DNA of 32,000 bases from Pyrodictium occultum (lineage in GTDB: Archaea; Thermoproteota; Thermoprotei_A; Sulfolobales; Pyrodictiaceae), in assembly GCF_001462395.1 (NCBI RefSeq), contig NZ_LNTB01000002.1:88480-120479 (forward strand), in the 5' to 3' direction. Positions within the stretch are counted from its first letter, which is position 1; each line of letters opens with the position of its first letter. The notes below the pieces were generated by a model that did not search any database, had not been told where the DNA came from, and was given only the letters and a program-made list of their open reading frames with translations. Shown one piece after another: positions 31,863 through 32,000 of this stretch. Made by a program: the position numbers and the translations under genes.

Positions 31863-32000
31863 TGACCCAGGGGCGTTGGGGGCTGGGCTGCTTGCTATAA
31901 ACCCTCCGAGGCCCGGGGGCGGCGAGCCCCTGGCAGGGTTATAGGATCCCCTCCCGCCTCCCGCATCCCACGAGGCCCGGGGCGCCGGCCGGGTAGCCCC

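Noticed and set aside
1-32000. Searched by eye for CRISPR repeats, tRNA/rRNA genes, transposase/integrase genes, terminal inverted or direct repeats at the ~9.4 kb compositional junction, and toxin-antitoxin or restriction/defence-type genes.
   Set aside because: None found. There are no regularly spaced repeats and no cloverleaf-like segments in the intergenic gaps I read. All sizeable ORFs are explained by glycan, sulfate or transport functions, or are unassigned hypotheticals. Short or diverged repeats cannot be excluded without computation.

Overview
This window is an archaeal-style surface-glycan biosynthesis super-locus. AGG/AGA Arg and ATA Ile codons, many GTG/TTG starts, GGAGG/GGTGA-type SD motifs and 4-7 nt gene overlaps suggest a GC-rich crenarchaeon. 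I did not see rRNA, tRNA, CRISPR, transposase or integrase genes.

There are two compositional compartments. All GC values are eyeball estimates from sampled stretches, not computed.

(A) nt 1 to ~9400 is a low-GC mosaic, roughly mid-30s to mid-40s % GC, with a patch of about 55 % GC at ~2590-3400. It carries GT4 and GT2 glycosyltransferases, two SAM methyltransferases, an Asp-box propeller protein and a thymidylate-kinase-like P-loop protein. Several of these genes are visibly damaged: an in-frame TAG, an internal deletion and a frameshift.

(B) nt ~9400 to 32000 is high-GC, about two-thirds G+C. It carries:
- a PAPS-type sulfotransferase;
- dTDP-rhamnose genes rmlA, rmlD and rmlC, plus an atypical SDR;
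- ATP sulfurylase (sat) and APS kinase (cysC);
- two paralogous NPP-type (alkaline-phosphatase superfamily) enzymes;
- two paralogous ribbon-helix-helix proteins;
- a GalE-like epimerase;
- three GT-B glycosyltransferases, one of them an Alg14/Alg13-like (Agl24-like) fusion;
- a UDP-sugar 6-dehydrogenase and a Gfo/Idh/MocA oxidoreductase;
- a Wzx-like flippase, a HAD hydrolase, a CDGSH Fe-S protein and a MATE transporter;
- a membrane-anchored protein rich in N-glycosylation sequons.

The most interesting reading is a dedicated PAPS-dependent glycan-sulfation module (sulfotransferase + sat + cysC + NPP paralogues + RHH regulators) embedded among glycan-assembly genes, with no sulfate-reduction genes in view. 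Three of its genes are interrupted by single-base length changes in poly-G tracts. These are either homopolymer sequencing errors or a slipped-strand on/off switch, and the sequence alone cannot decide which.
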